Below are positions 11,681 to 22,749 of a stretch of 64,000 nucleotides of DNA, piece after piece (position 1 is the stretch's first letter; the number at the start of each line of letters is the position of its first letter). The translations under genes and the position numbers were made by a program. The stretch lies in contig RSEE01000089.1 in the NCBI GenBank assembly GCA_003971905.1, positions 1 to 64,000 on the forward strand, read 5' to 3'. The stretch comes from Moniliella sp. 'wahieum' (lineage: Eukaryota). The notes under the pieces were generated by a model, which had not been told where the DNA came from, ran no database searches, and saw only the letters and a list, made by a program, of their open reading frames with translations.

Positions 11681-13577
11681 ATGTCCAAGCGCCCGCTCTC
11701 GCTCGCGGAGCTGCTGGCCCAGAAGCAGCGTAATGCCTCCTCTTCCGCTCCTTCTGGCGTATCTTCCGCGCCCTCCACGCCCTCTGCGCCGGCCGGCCCT
11801 CGGTTCCTCACCAAGGCCCAGCGCCAGGCCGCCGCGCAGGACAAGGAGCAGCACCAGCAGCAGCAACAGCAACACGACCATCCCCCTCCTCCCACTTCCT
11901 CCTCTTCTCACTCACCGCCCACCGCGCGAAGCCTCGCCTCCTCGGCTCCTGTCGCGTCGCTGCCGCCTGTGACGGCAGCAGAACAAGAAGCCATCCGGCA
12001 ACGCTACCTCGGCCTGAAGCCCTCTCGCGGCAGCACCAGAAACCGCGGCGTGCGCAAGACCGGCGGTGGCGTTTCGAGCACGATTTGGACGAAGATACGA
12101 GCCAGGGTGGGGAGGTGGGTGTGCGGCGGTCGTTCCTACCCTTCTGCTGTGGGTCCTTAATGGCGGATGGAAAGCGCGGGATCCGTTGGCCAAGACCAAG
12201 GCTGGTGGGACCAGCGTCATTGGTCGGAAAAGACGTTGGGGGATGAGGGACCGGGACTGGCGCATTTTCCGAGAAGATTATGGGATTTCTGCGCGTGGGG
12301 GCTCGATTCCGCGACACGATGCGGACCTGGAAGAAAGCATATCCCCCCCTGCCATTGTGGCGGCGATTGCCGATATTGGGTACCAAGAGCCCACTCCGAT
12401 TCAACGCCAAGCCATCCCGATTGGGCTGGAGAACCGGGATTTGATTGGGGTGGCCGAGACCGGGTCGGGAAAGACGGCTTCGTTCCTGATTCCCCTTTTG
12501 GCGTATATTTTGTCGCTTCCGCGCCTTACCGAGGCGACCAAATCGTTGGGCCCGTATGCCTGATCCTCGTCCCTACCCGCGAGCTGGCACAACAAATCGA
12601 GGTGGAGGCCGCAAGTTTGGTGCTCGGCTGGGAGTGCGGACAGTGTCGATTGTCGGGGTAAGGACAATGGACGACCAAGCGCATGCGTTGGAGGAAGGGA
12701 CGGAGATTGTGATTGCCACACCGGGTCGGTTGCGCGACACGCTCGAGAAGCATATTCTGTGCTGGCGCAGTGCTACTATGTGGTAATGGACGAGGCGGAT
12801 CGGATGTTGGACATGGGATTTGAGCCGGCGGTGAACTTTATTTTGGATGCGCTTCCTTCGGAGCAAGAAGGGCGGCAGCGCGTGACGATGCTCTACTCGG
12901 CGACCATGCCGACGACTGTGAACGCTTGGCCCGCACCTACCTCCGTTCCCCGGCCAGCATCACGATTGGGGATGCCAACGAGGCTTCGTCGACGGTGGAG
13001 CAACGGGTGGAAGTATTAAGTTCCGAAGACAAGAAACAAGCGCGGCTGTTGAGTTTGCTACGGGAGGTGGGTGGGGCAAATTGTGTTTCAACACCATTCT
13101 CGAAACCGACCGACTGGCCAAATGGTTAGCTACCGCCGCGCGCGTCCACCCTGCCGTCTTGCACTCGAAGCGGACCCAATCGCAGCGAGAAGAAGCGCTA
13201 GCGCAGTTGCGCGCAGGCAGTACGGACGTGTTGGTCTCCACCAACCTAGCTGGACGCGGATCGATGTGCCCAACGTATCGCTGGTGGTAAACTACCAGAT
13301 GAGCAACACGATAGAAGACTACATTCACCGCATTGGGCGTACGGGAAGAGCGGGCAACCAAGGGTTGGCCATTACGTTTATTGATCTCAAAGCGGATGAA
13401 GGGGTCCTGTATGATCTAGTGCAGCAACTGGAACGTTCACCCCTTTCCCGTGTTCCTCCTGAACTCGCGCGCCATCCCGCGTCCAAAACCAAAGCAAGTA
13501 CCAATGTCCCGCGATGGGGGCAAACGCAAACGTGGGCAGACGACGAGGGGTGTGAGTGCCTTTTTGCGCAGGGATGA
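11681..13577 (+). CDS. PRP28: Pre-mRNA splicing DEAD-box RNA helicase Prp28/DDX23 (frameshifted in this assembly)
   Basis: N-terminal RPLSLAELL and [23 protein letters not shown] motif [57 protein letters not shown]. Confidence 0.95.
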
Positions 13578-14135
13578 GACTACCCTACCCCCCCACCCCT
13601 TCGATCCGTCTCGGGGCTTCTGGGGCTCTGCGGACAAGACACCAAGTCATACATGCCATATTTTTCACCATCGTCCCGATCCCTACCGGGAGGCGTGATG
13701 TCACCTTAGAGAACTTGGCCAAGAGGGCCGCGACGCAGGCAGCTCCGTTTGAGCCCGGTACGAGTAGGTCATAGGGATCATGGGGTGCTTGCGGTCTTGA
13801 AGGAGGGTCATGCATGCAGTGGAAAACAGCCAGTGAGAGCAACAGGGAGGTAAGGAGAGGACGCGAAAGAACGAGCGAGGAAGAAAGACGTTTGCGTTGT
13901 GGCAAAAAGGTAGGCGCAAGAAGATTCTCTTAGGCCTCGCCTTCCCCAGCTCAGTCGGAACGAGCATCAGTTTATCATTGGTTGCGTGGAGCCAAGAGTG
14001 AGAGAAGAATACAGATTTTGTCTCACGCAGAATGTTGACGGGATGAGCGAACATCGAAACTACCAAGAACGTGCTCGCTGGTCACCGTGGTTGAGTGCCA
14101 CCCTCCCCTACCCTTGGAGCAGCGAGTGAGAGCAA

Positions 14136-14411
14136 TCAGCCCCCCGGCCCGCCCGCCGCCGCTGCTTCAACGCAAAACGCATTCATCACGCAAGCGCCGG
14201 AAGGCATGGATGGGAGTGCTAGGGATGGAGGAGGGCATGTTGGTGTTGATGTTGATGTTGATGTTGATGTTGATGTTGATGTTGATGTTGATGTTGATGT
14301 TGATGTTGATGACGCTGGAGCATCCAGGGAGCTGGAGATCGGTGCAAGTGGGGGTAACGTGTAACGCGGAATGCGTAACGCGTCGTGAAGGGAGCGTGGA
14401 TGCTGTGCCAT
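14136..14411 (-). CDS. Hypothetical Ser/Thr-repeat small protein (end uncertain)
   Basis: ccgccATGg context at 14411, TATAA ~45 bp upstream, (ST)n tract encoded by the microsatellite. Confidence 0.3.
   Translation of the reverse strand: MAQHPRSLHDALRIPRYTLPPLAPISSSLDAPASSTSTSTSTSTSTSTSTSTSTSTPTCPPPSLALPSMPSGACVMNAFCVEAAAAGGPGG
14238..14312. repeat. (GTTGAT)n hexanucleotide microsatellite, ~11 units
   Basis: Direct reading. Confidence 0.95.
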
Positions 14412-16902
14412 GGCGGTGCCCTGCTGTGCGCCCCTTTAGCCCTTAGGCCTAGGCCTTATACAGCGCGGCTGAGCACGGACGCATGATGCGTGCATGATGC
14501 ATGATGCGAGCGACCCATGGCGGCACGCAACCAGCGACGGGTGAGGCTTGGCACGCGTGACGCATGACGCAGGGCTGCGTGCAAGGGACCGAGTGACGTC
14601 AGAGCCAGAGACAAGGTGGGGTACGGAGCGCCGGCGCATTGCGTGGCACTGCGTGGCGCTGAACTGAGTCGCAGTACTGAGACTGTACTCAGTACTCAGT
14701 GCGCACGCACGGACCAACCAAGCTTGCTGGCACAGCAGCCATGGTGCACGGGCCAAGCGGGGCACGGCGACGGTGAAGACGATGAAGCTATGGCCTGCTA
14801 CACACAGGCTCCAACAGGCTACAGCGTGGACAGCTGGTCCGTCGGGCACTGCAAGTTCTGGGAGCTATGGAATAGGTGCTCAAGACGGGTGCGGCGATGC
14901 TATGGGTGCTGGAACACGTTTTGCTGTGGACATGGGTATTAGCCCCGGACGGAACGCTATCATGTATCAACCCCTCCTCGAAGACACCTATTCACCCATC
15001 CCAGGAGACCCCTAGCCCCTAGCCCCTAAGCCCTCAAGCCCTCCAGCCCTCCATGAAGAGCGCCTCAGCCCTCTGCTCCTTGCCTGCGTGAGAGTGTTGC
15101 TGAGTGCAGAATCGGACCGAGAAATTAGATCTCAGATCACAGATGAGATCTCAGATTCACCCAAGCGCCTTTGGGTCCAACGTCCCTGGGCCGAATGCAT
15201 GCGCTGTTGTGCGTTGTGCACGCGCAGAACTCAGCAGCACTCACCATCGTCTCGTAACGCGTAATATCCATTACTTGCCACCTCGCCCTCGTCAGCGTCA
15301 CGAAAGGACGCAACATGGCGCATGACGCGGTGCGAGTCACTGACTAGGGACAGTCCACTAGCCACTGGCCACTGGTCCCTCGGCGCCACCTGCTGCTCAC
15401 AGCTACATTCTGCTACATCCTGCTGTCTCCCCGGGATGTCGGAGCGTGCGTGACGCGTGACGCGTGAGCCACAGGCGGTGTGGGATACCGTCATGGCAGG
15501 CAGTGAGCTTGCTCTTGCTTGAAGCTGGTGGAGGGACGTCCGTGCGCAAGAATATCGTTACCAAACGTGACCGTCACCGGGAGCCACATTCGACGCCAAG
15601 AGCTAAGCTTAGCGCTTAGGCTAAGCGCTACCCAATCACCGTCAGCGCGTCAGACGTCATTCACGGTCAGCCAATCACCTGAGGCCTGCCTGGAGGCCCA
15701 ACACATGTTGGGGTGCATGGTAGGAAGGAATGTTTGTGCATGGCTCGTCTTCCTTCCCCATTCAATATTCAATCCTCAATACTCGAGTACTCATCGATCC
15801 TCGAGCTCATCGCCATCTCCATTGCATATCTGCCGCGTCATACGCGTCATTCTACGAACTGGTTGGGCCATCACAGGGAGGGTACACGTCATGCGTCATG
15901 CGCGTCATGCCGACAGCGCCAAAGCACGGGTGCACGGATGCAGGGATGCACGGATGTCTTGAGCTGGCCGTGGATGTCCAACAGTTGGAAAGAGGGTCAC
16001 CGGTCAGGGACTTCGCGAGTGAAGCTTGAAGCTAGTGGCTTGAAGCGTGAAGGTAGCACGAAGCCTAAAGTGAGCAAAGTGACCAGAGAGTGGAGAGAGG
16101 TGCAGCGAAGGGGAAGCATGAAAGCCCGCATCGCTGCCATACGGATAAGTCCGAGAATTCGATGGGCACCAGGCCAATGTGCGGTGCGCCACCAAAGGCA
16201 CGACGGACGAGAGGGAGCGTGAGGCCTGGGGGAGCCTATCCTTCCCTCGACCTCATCGATCTCATCAGTAGCCAACTACTCAATGGCAACGTGGTGGCGG
16301 CATGTATCATGACTGCATGACTACCAGCCTGCGCTTGTCACATGTCACGCGTGGTTCATTGGCTGGCTCCGCTCTGTCGTCACGCGTCACGCGTCATCAG
16401 ATCTCAGATCTCTGGACAAAGCATTGGGCATCGAGTGAGCTACGCTCAGCCAGGACTACCCGCCTGCCCCCGTCGTCCTCCGCGGCTTCCCCCGCTCCGC
16501 CCCCGCGCTGGCCTTCGACAGCCTGCTCGGTACTCAGGCCCTCTCCGACTCCCCATCCAATCCATCCCCTGCCTGCGTCGCACAGCATCACCATCACGCA
16601 CCACCCCCCGCACGCATCCCTCACCCCCACCGCGGGTGATGTAACCCCATCCCATCCATCTCCCCCTCCGCTTCCCCCTGCCAACGTCCGTGCGCCCAGC
16701 CGATTGCGTCAGGAAGATCGTCAAGCGCTCTTGCGCGGCCAACGTGCGACGGGGAACGGCTACCGGCTAACTACGCTCCACGCGCCAACACTGGGCCCGT
16801 GCAGACCATTCCGTCACAGGCCTCAGGGCGCTCTTTACTTTCCCAACTGCACAGCCTCCCCCGTCCTCTCCCCCCAGCAGACCGTGCACGAGCCATGGAC
16901 TG

Positions 16903-16910
16903 TATATAAT
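16903..16910 (+). promoter_or_regulatory. TATA box followed by CT-rich leader
   Basis: TATATAAT ~115 bp upstream of ATG 17022. Confidence 0.55.
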
Positions 16911-17021
16911 ACCCCCTCCCGTCGCTCTTTTCCTCATCTCTTTTCCCCCACCCACCAGATCTTCTGGCACCTCCCTTTTCCATCTTCCTCTCTTCTGTTT
17001 CTTCTAGACAACACTTCAACC

Positions 17022-17759
17022 ATGGGCCTCTTTGACTCTGTACGTGATGTGCTCCCACGGTGTCTACCGCTCCTTTCACCCCTTCGTCCCCGTGGCCCCG
17101 CCCACGGATGGAGCCTGTCCTAACCGTCTTTCCCTCAGGCAAAGCAATTCGCCGAGAACAAGGCACAGGAGAAGTTCGGCGGCAACAACAGCAACAACCA
17201 GTCGGGCGGGTACGGCGGTAACTCTGGTTCGGACTCGTACGGTTCGGGCAACTCTGGCTCGGACTCGTACGGCTCGGGTAACCAGTCCGGCGGCTACGGT
17301 GGCAACTCGGGCTCCGACTCGTACGGCTCGGGCAACCAGTCGAGCGGCTTTGGAGGCAACTCCGGATCGGACTCGTACGGTTCCGGCAACCAGTCTGGTG
17401 GCTACGGCGGCAACTCTGGCTCGGACTCGTACGGCTCGGGTAACCAGTCGAGCGGCTTCGGAGGCAACTCTGGCTCGGACTCGTACGGTTCCGGCAACCA
17501 GTCTGGTGGCTTCGGTGGCAACTCCGGTGGCTACGGCGGCGACTCGGGCTCGGACTCGTACGGTTCCGGCAACCAGTCCGGCGGCTTTGGCGGCAACTCT
17601 GGTGGCGACTCGTACGGATCCGGCAACCAGTCCGGCGGCTTCGGCGGCAACTCGGGCGGTGGCTACGGTGGCAACTCCGGTGGCTACGGCGGCAACTCTG
17701 GTGGCGACTCGTACGGGTCTGGCAACCAGGGTGGCTATGGCGGCAACAGTGGCTTCTAA
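17022..17759 (+). CDS. 212-aa Gly/Ser/Asn/Tyr-rich low-complexity (prion-like) repeat protein
   Basis: Exon 1 17022-17039 (MGLFDS); intron 17040-17138 (GTACGT..CCTAAC..CAG); exon 2 17139-17759 open to TAA: AKQFAENKAQEKFGGNNSNNQSGGYGGNSGSDSYGS... with an 18-aa/54-nt repeat. Confidence 0.85.
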
Positions 17760-18467
17760 TCTAAAGAAGCTAACTGGAGGCCTCGTGACGGCCCATGGAC
17801 GTCTTGCTATGCTTTGGTCGCCTGAATGTATTGATCCTGCTCGCTGAATAGAGTGGAAATGATTCCGTGTGTGCGTCGACAGTAGGAGTATCTAGAGGAT
17901 ATATAGTTGGCATGTCAACTTTTGGGTTAATGTCAAGAAATAAGGAGGTCGGTGAACAAGGAGCGTGCATGTAGCTTTGTTTGGCAACAAGTTGATGGAC
18001 GCGAGCGCAAACTCGCGGTGCGCACTGCGCTTTCATTAATCATTGCCGCTGAAATATCTCCGTCAGAGCTGGGATTATCGATTACGCTCGATTACGGATG
18101 GCGCGTCACGCGTTTCCCTGACGAGAGCCGACATCAGATGGTTGGTGTGCCTTGGATCCAACTGCGCCTGTGGTTTAAGGGTAAAGCATCCTTGCGTGAC
18201 CGCTATATCCGGTTGGACTGCCTGGTCTAGCCTTGGAGCTTGTACCGCGACGAGGCCATGGACTACCTGGTTACTAGTATACAGGTCATACCCTTGCCAT
18301 TAGCAGCCAACCAAGACGAGAAAAACAATGCCTTCCCTGAGCCTCACATAGATAATAGGCAAAGTGAGTCTATATAAGCTCTCAAGGGTCAACGTACCGG
18401 CTCCGACGTGCCCGTGGCCCTGCTCCGCTCACAAGACGTTGAACGTTGAGAGAAGCGAATCTCTATA

Positions 18468-18625
18468 CTGCAACCATATCGTTGACGGAGCTTAAGACTG
18501 CGACAACGAATTGCTGCACCTCAACCGACCCGGGTTCATCCGCGTGTGCTGCTTGTTTGCGCCAATACCGTGTAAGAAGTATGCTCGCGTCGTCAAAACC
18601 AAGGGGAAAACGAACGGGCCATACT
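18468..18625. repeat. Dispersed coding-like repeat, copy 1 (second copy 45733-45860)
   Basis: ccatatc-ttgac-gagcttaag-ctg..aaccgaccc..ttcatc..gcgtgtgctgcttg..gcgccaa shared between the two loci. Confidence 0.7.
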
Positions 18626-19883
18626 GGCCCGATGGTCTTCTCGTGATTAACTATCAAGCGGGTGCGATCGGCCAACGAATCAGTGTTGCGCAGGAGAATG
18701 ATGAATGAGAGTGAGCTGCCCAGTGAGCACCACAAGCGTCCGAACGGGAGGGTGTAGGGGTTGAAGTATAAACGGAGTTTCATCACCTCCCGCACCACCC
18801 ATATCTTCCCCCAGGAGTGCAATGACCCGGCACAGGCGAGCAAGTCACACTTATCTTTACTTGCCACACACCAAGAGGCCACAATCAGTCGGCTGCAAAG
18901 GCAGCTGTATCTTGTCCTCCCCCTCATCGGCCTCGTCGATCATATGGCCATTCTCGTGACAAGCGAATGGCCACGGAGAAGCGAAGGTCGACGGTGGAGG
19001 TGGGTGTGCCTGGCGTGGGCATGACGCTCGGGAGCATGAGCGAAGCGGCGCGCGTCAAACAATCATTAATCACCAGCCGAGCGCTCAGGCTGCGGCGAGC
19101 TGAGCTGGTAGCTGAGTGTGCTGATAGGGTTATGGTGGCCGACGATGCCGAGGGTGATTGATGGCTCGATGACTAGGTTTAAGCTGTAAGCCTAACCAGA
19201 CGCCTTTGAACTTTGGTTATCGATTCCCACTACTCGGTTCTGATCTTCTGGCTTGGATGCCGATCGCAAAAACAAGACTGCGCATGGGTGTTGGCACAGC
19301 GGGAGAGGAGTAGCAGACGCGCAGCGTGCCAAGCCAATGCGCGATGTCAGTGTCAGGCGCAGATTGGGCGGATGCGCAATCGCAGCTGCGGGCAAAAGAA
19401 AGACAGCCAACGAAACCGCATGGTCCGCTCCTCCGAACGCCCGCCCGCCTGCAGGCGCTGTCTGCTCGCGCCGATCTCCCAGGCACGGGGCCAGTGGGGC
19501 GGCGTGCACCCTGTGCCCCCGATGCATGATGCATCCTGCATGCCGCCCAGCCAGCACCAGGCGAGTCACCCCGAGGCACTGCCCAGCCCCTGGCCGCCCC
19601 CTTGCCGTAGCAGCCGCAGAGCCTGAAACGCACAGCGCTGTTACATGTTATCGAATATCGGTTACCGATTACCGGTTACCAGTTAACGTCAGCATTATCC
19701 ATCGATTATCGCTTGTCGCTTCCTCGGTTCATTACTCATTACCCATTCCTTGTCAAGCACCTCGGCTTTCCTCGTAACCCCCATCCCACCTCGCAGCCCC
19801 CCGCCTGCACCCGCTTGAGGCCGCCGTTTGCCTTCCGTGTGCCCTCCCACCGCCACCACCACCACCACCTTGCCCTGCTTGCC

Positions 19884-21820
19884 ATGGCCGCTCACCTCCC
19901 TGCTTGGCCTCGTCGCTCTCGCAGCCGCCGCCGTGTCGGCGCAGTTTGTGCCCGCGCCGGCCAACCTGACCACCAAGCTCGGCTTTGCCAACGTCAGTGT
20001 GCATTACAAGCAGGTGCCTGCTGGCATCTGCGAGCTGCGCGACGACGTCAAGTCCTATTCCGGCTTTGCCGAGGTCAGCCCCGGGCAAAACATCTTCTTT
20101 TGGTTCTTTGAGGCGCGCACCACCGATCCCAAGCAGGCCGAGCTTGCGGTCTGGATCAATGGCGGGCCCGGCAGTTCGTCCGAGATCGGGTTGTTCCAGG
20201 AGCTTGGGCCGTGCCGCGTGCTGCCCAACGGCACGCTCGTCAACAACCCCACTCGTACTCTGAGGTGGCCAACATGCTCTTTATTGACCAGCCAATCTCT
20301 ACTGGCTTTTCCTTTTCCGACCCCACCCCGGGCTACATCAGCTCGACTGGCAACCTGATCACCCTGCCGTCGGAAGAGTGCCCAGACTATGCCCAGGCCC
20401 TCGGCACCTGCGGTACCTACTCGTCGCCCAATGTCCTCACCTCGCCCAACTCGACCGAGGCCGCCGCCTCCGACTTTTACCTTGCTCTTCAGGCTTCCTG
20501 GGTGCCGTTCCCGAGTACAAGCGCGACCACTTCCACTTTACAACCGAGAGCTATGGCGGGCATTATGGGCCGGTCTTTTCCCATTACATCCAGGAGCAGG
20601 CCAAGGCCAACGTGTCCGGTCACACTCCGCTTGCGGTCAAGACGCTGACCATTGGGAATGGTTGGTATGACCCGGTGCTGCAGTACGAGGCCTACTACCT
20701 CTTTGCCAAGGACAACTTTTACTTTGGCACCACCCTGTACAACACTCTTCTCTCTCAGCTCGAGAACATTGTGTATGGCAAAGGCAACTGTCTCGACCAA
20801 ATTCGGCAGTGTTACAAGATTGGCACGCCCGAAGTGTGCTCGGTTGCGGACAGCTTTTGCGCCAACGAAGTGGAGAATTTCTTTGATGTTGTATCCGGCC
20901 GCGACGAGGTAAGCCTTTTTCTTTCTTTGCTTTTCTCCACTGTTTTTTCCCGTTTTGCTCTGCTCCCCACACCTCCAATGTGGACTAAAGACTGACTGAT
21001 GTGTAACTTCCCACCAGTACGATTCGCGTGAGCTGATGCCCTCCGTTCCCCTACGAGGCCTACGTCGACTACCTCAACCAGCCCCACGTGCAGACAGCGT
21101 TGGGTGTGTACACGAACTTTCCGAGTCGTCGACGGTAGTGGGCAACGCGTTTAGTGCGACAGGCGACGATGGGCGGGAATCGGGTACGATCCAAGATGTG
21201 CGTTCGCTTTTGGAGGAGGGGGTGTACGTTCGATGTTGTTGGGCGATGCAGACTACAATTGTGGTTGGTACGGCGGGGTTTGGGGTGGCCAACAAGCTGA
21301 ATGCGTCGGGATGGAGTCGTGCTGGCTTTACCAATGTGTCCACCAGTGATGGTGTGGTGCATGGGGAGACGAGGCAGACGGCACGTATGCGTTTACCCGG
21401 GTCTTTTATCGGGCCACGAAATCCCTTTTACCACCGCTCTTGGCGCTCACCCTGTTCAACCGTACCATCACGGGCGTGTCTCTTGCGGATGGCAAAGTGG
21501 ATGTCCTGCACAACTCGTCTACCTCACCACGGGCCTACCTCACCCACCTTCTTCGAGGGCAACAGTACGGTCCAGTGGAACGTTACGTCCCCCGATGCGA
21601 CGTACAACACCACCACTGGCGCGCCCAATCCGGTCCAGCATCGGACTCTTCTTCTTCCCTCTCTTCTTCTTCTTCTTCTGCCGGGGCGGCGCGGCGCGCA
21701 GCAGCCGTGTTGCTGGACACCGAGACGCCCATGCTGCGCAAGAACAAGAAGAGCTTGATGCCCAAGTTTGAGGCTCTTCTACGCACCCGCTCGGCAGGGC
21801 GTACCCGCCACCGATGCTGA
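19884..21820 (+). CDS. Secreted serine carboxypeptidase, peptidase family S10
   Basis: Signal peptide LLGLVALAAAAVSA; FFWFFEAR; WINGGPGSSS; MLFIDQPISTGFS; catalytic TESYGGHYGP; IGNGW; GHEIPF. Intron from 20909 (GTAAGC..CTGAT..CAG ~21017). Confidence 0.93.
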
Positions 21821-21882
21821 TGCCTCGGGCGTAAAGTAAACGGCAAGAGACTAATGTTTGCGAGGGGACAAATCTCACCGTG

Positions 21883-21912
21883 GCCAATGGGCCAATGGGC
21901 CAATGGGCCAAT
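21883..21912. repeat. (GCCAATGG)n 8-bp tandem repeat
   Basis: gccaatgg x3 plus gccaat. Confidence 0.8.
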
Positions 21913-22130
21913 ATTAGCCCAGTGGGCCAGACTGATGCACTTTGTCCGTTAGCACGGCACGTTGAGCGTTCGAGTGTGAGCGTTCAACTGTGGACTGTGA
22001 GTGTTGGGGAGCGGCTAGTCCTTCTTTTGATATTAATGGCATTTGATGGTATTGGACGGTATGTGTACTGCTGTTGGTGGGGTTGGTTGGGGTAAGAGGG
22101 AGACCGAGTAATGGGTTAGGGTAACAAGGG

Positions 22131-22188
22131 GGCAAGGCAAGGCAAGGTAAGGCAGGGCAAGGCAAGGCAAGGGTAGGGCAGGACAAGG
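22131..22188. repeat. (GGCAA)n imperfect pentanucleotide microsatellite
   Basis: Direct reading. Confidence 0.85.
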
Positions 22189-22749
22189 CTATTTTCCTGT
22201 TCGCTTGGTGCCCTCCCAACCACCTATACCCGTATTATTTACTCTGTTGGTCTACTTGGCCACATGCACGGGACAGTTGTTCCATTTGTTCGATTGTTCC
22301 ATTTGTTCCACTCAGTTTGCACTTCTCTTTGCTCTAGTGTTTGCCCAGCGGATGTTGTGCATGTTGGGGACAAAGGGAGGAAAGGGCCAGCCCCTGCGCT
22401 AGGAATAGCATTGAAGCAGTACATGTACTTCCCGTCCAAGCGACTGGGCTTCAAGTATAGTACTTGATCAGCTTGATCAGCTCGACCAGACCCAGCTCAA
22501 CTTCACATAACAACTCACAACTGTGCATTCCTGTACGGCCCTGCAGTGGCGAGCGGGAAACAGCAAGCTACGTAGCTACGTGTATGGCAGACAAGGAAGG
22601 CAAGCAGAGACCAATGGATGCATCAGTGGGTTAAGGGAGAGTGCTGAACACATTTTGCATGCTGCATTTTTTGGGTGGTGGGGCAAAGCACTGCAGGCAC
22701 GACCAGCAAGTCCAGATCCAGAGCAAGGAAGCGAAAATCCTAACTCATC

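Noticed and set aside
11681..13577. PRP28, NOP58 and other broken genes as pseudogenes or programmed frameshifting
   Set aside because: They are essential or conserved single-copy genes with intact motifs. The indels are scattered and homopolymer-associated, consistent with sequencing error.
14087..14446. (ML)n and (DV)n ORFs on the plus strand
   Set aside because: They are read-through of the GTTGAT microsatellite with no other coding support
17150..17740. CRISPR-like array in this or other tandem repeats
   Set aside because: There are no unique spacers or cas genes, the context is eukaryotic, and the repeats are contiguous coding or satellite units
17032..17847. 271-aa Thr/Ala/Arg-repeat ORF from the track
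   Set aside because: It is an off-frame shadow of the spliced Gly/Ser/Asn repeat gene, which has a proper ATG, intron signals and codon bias
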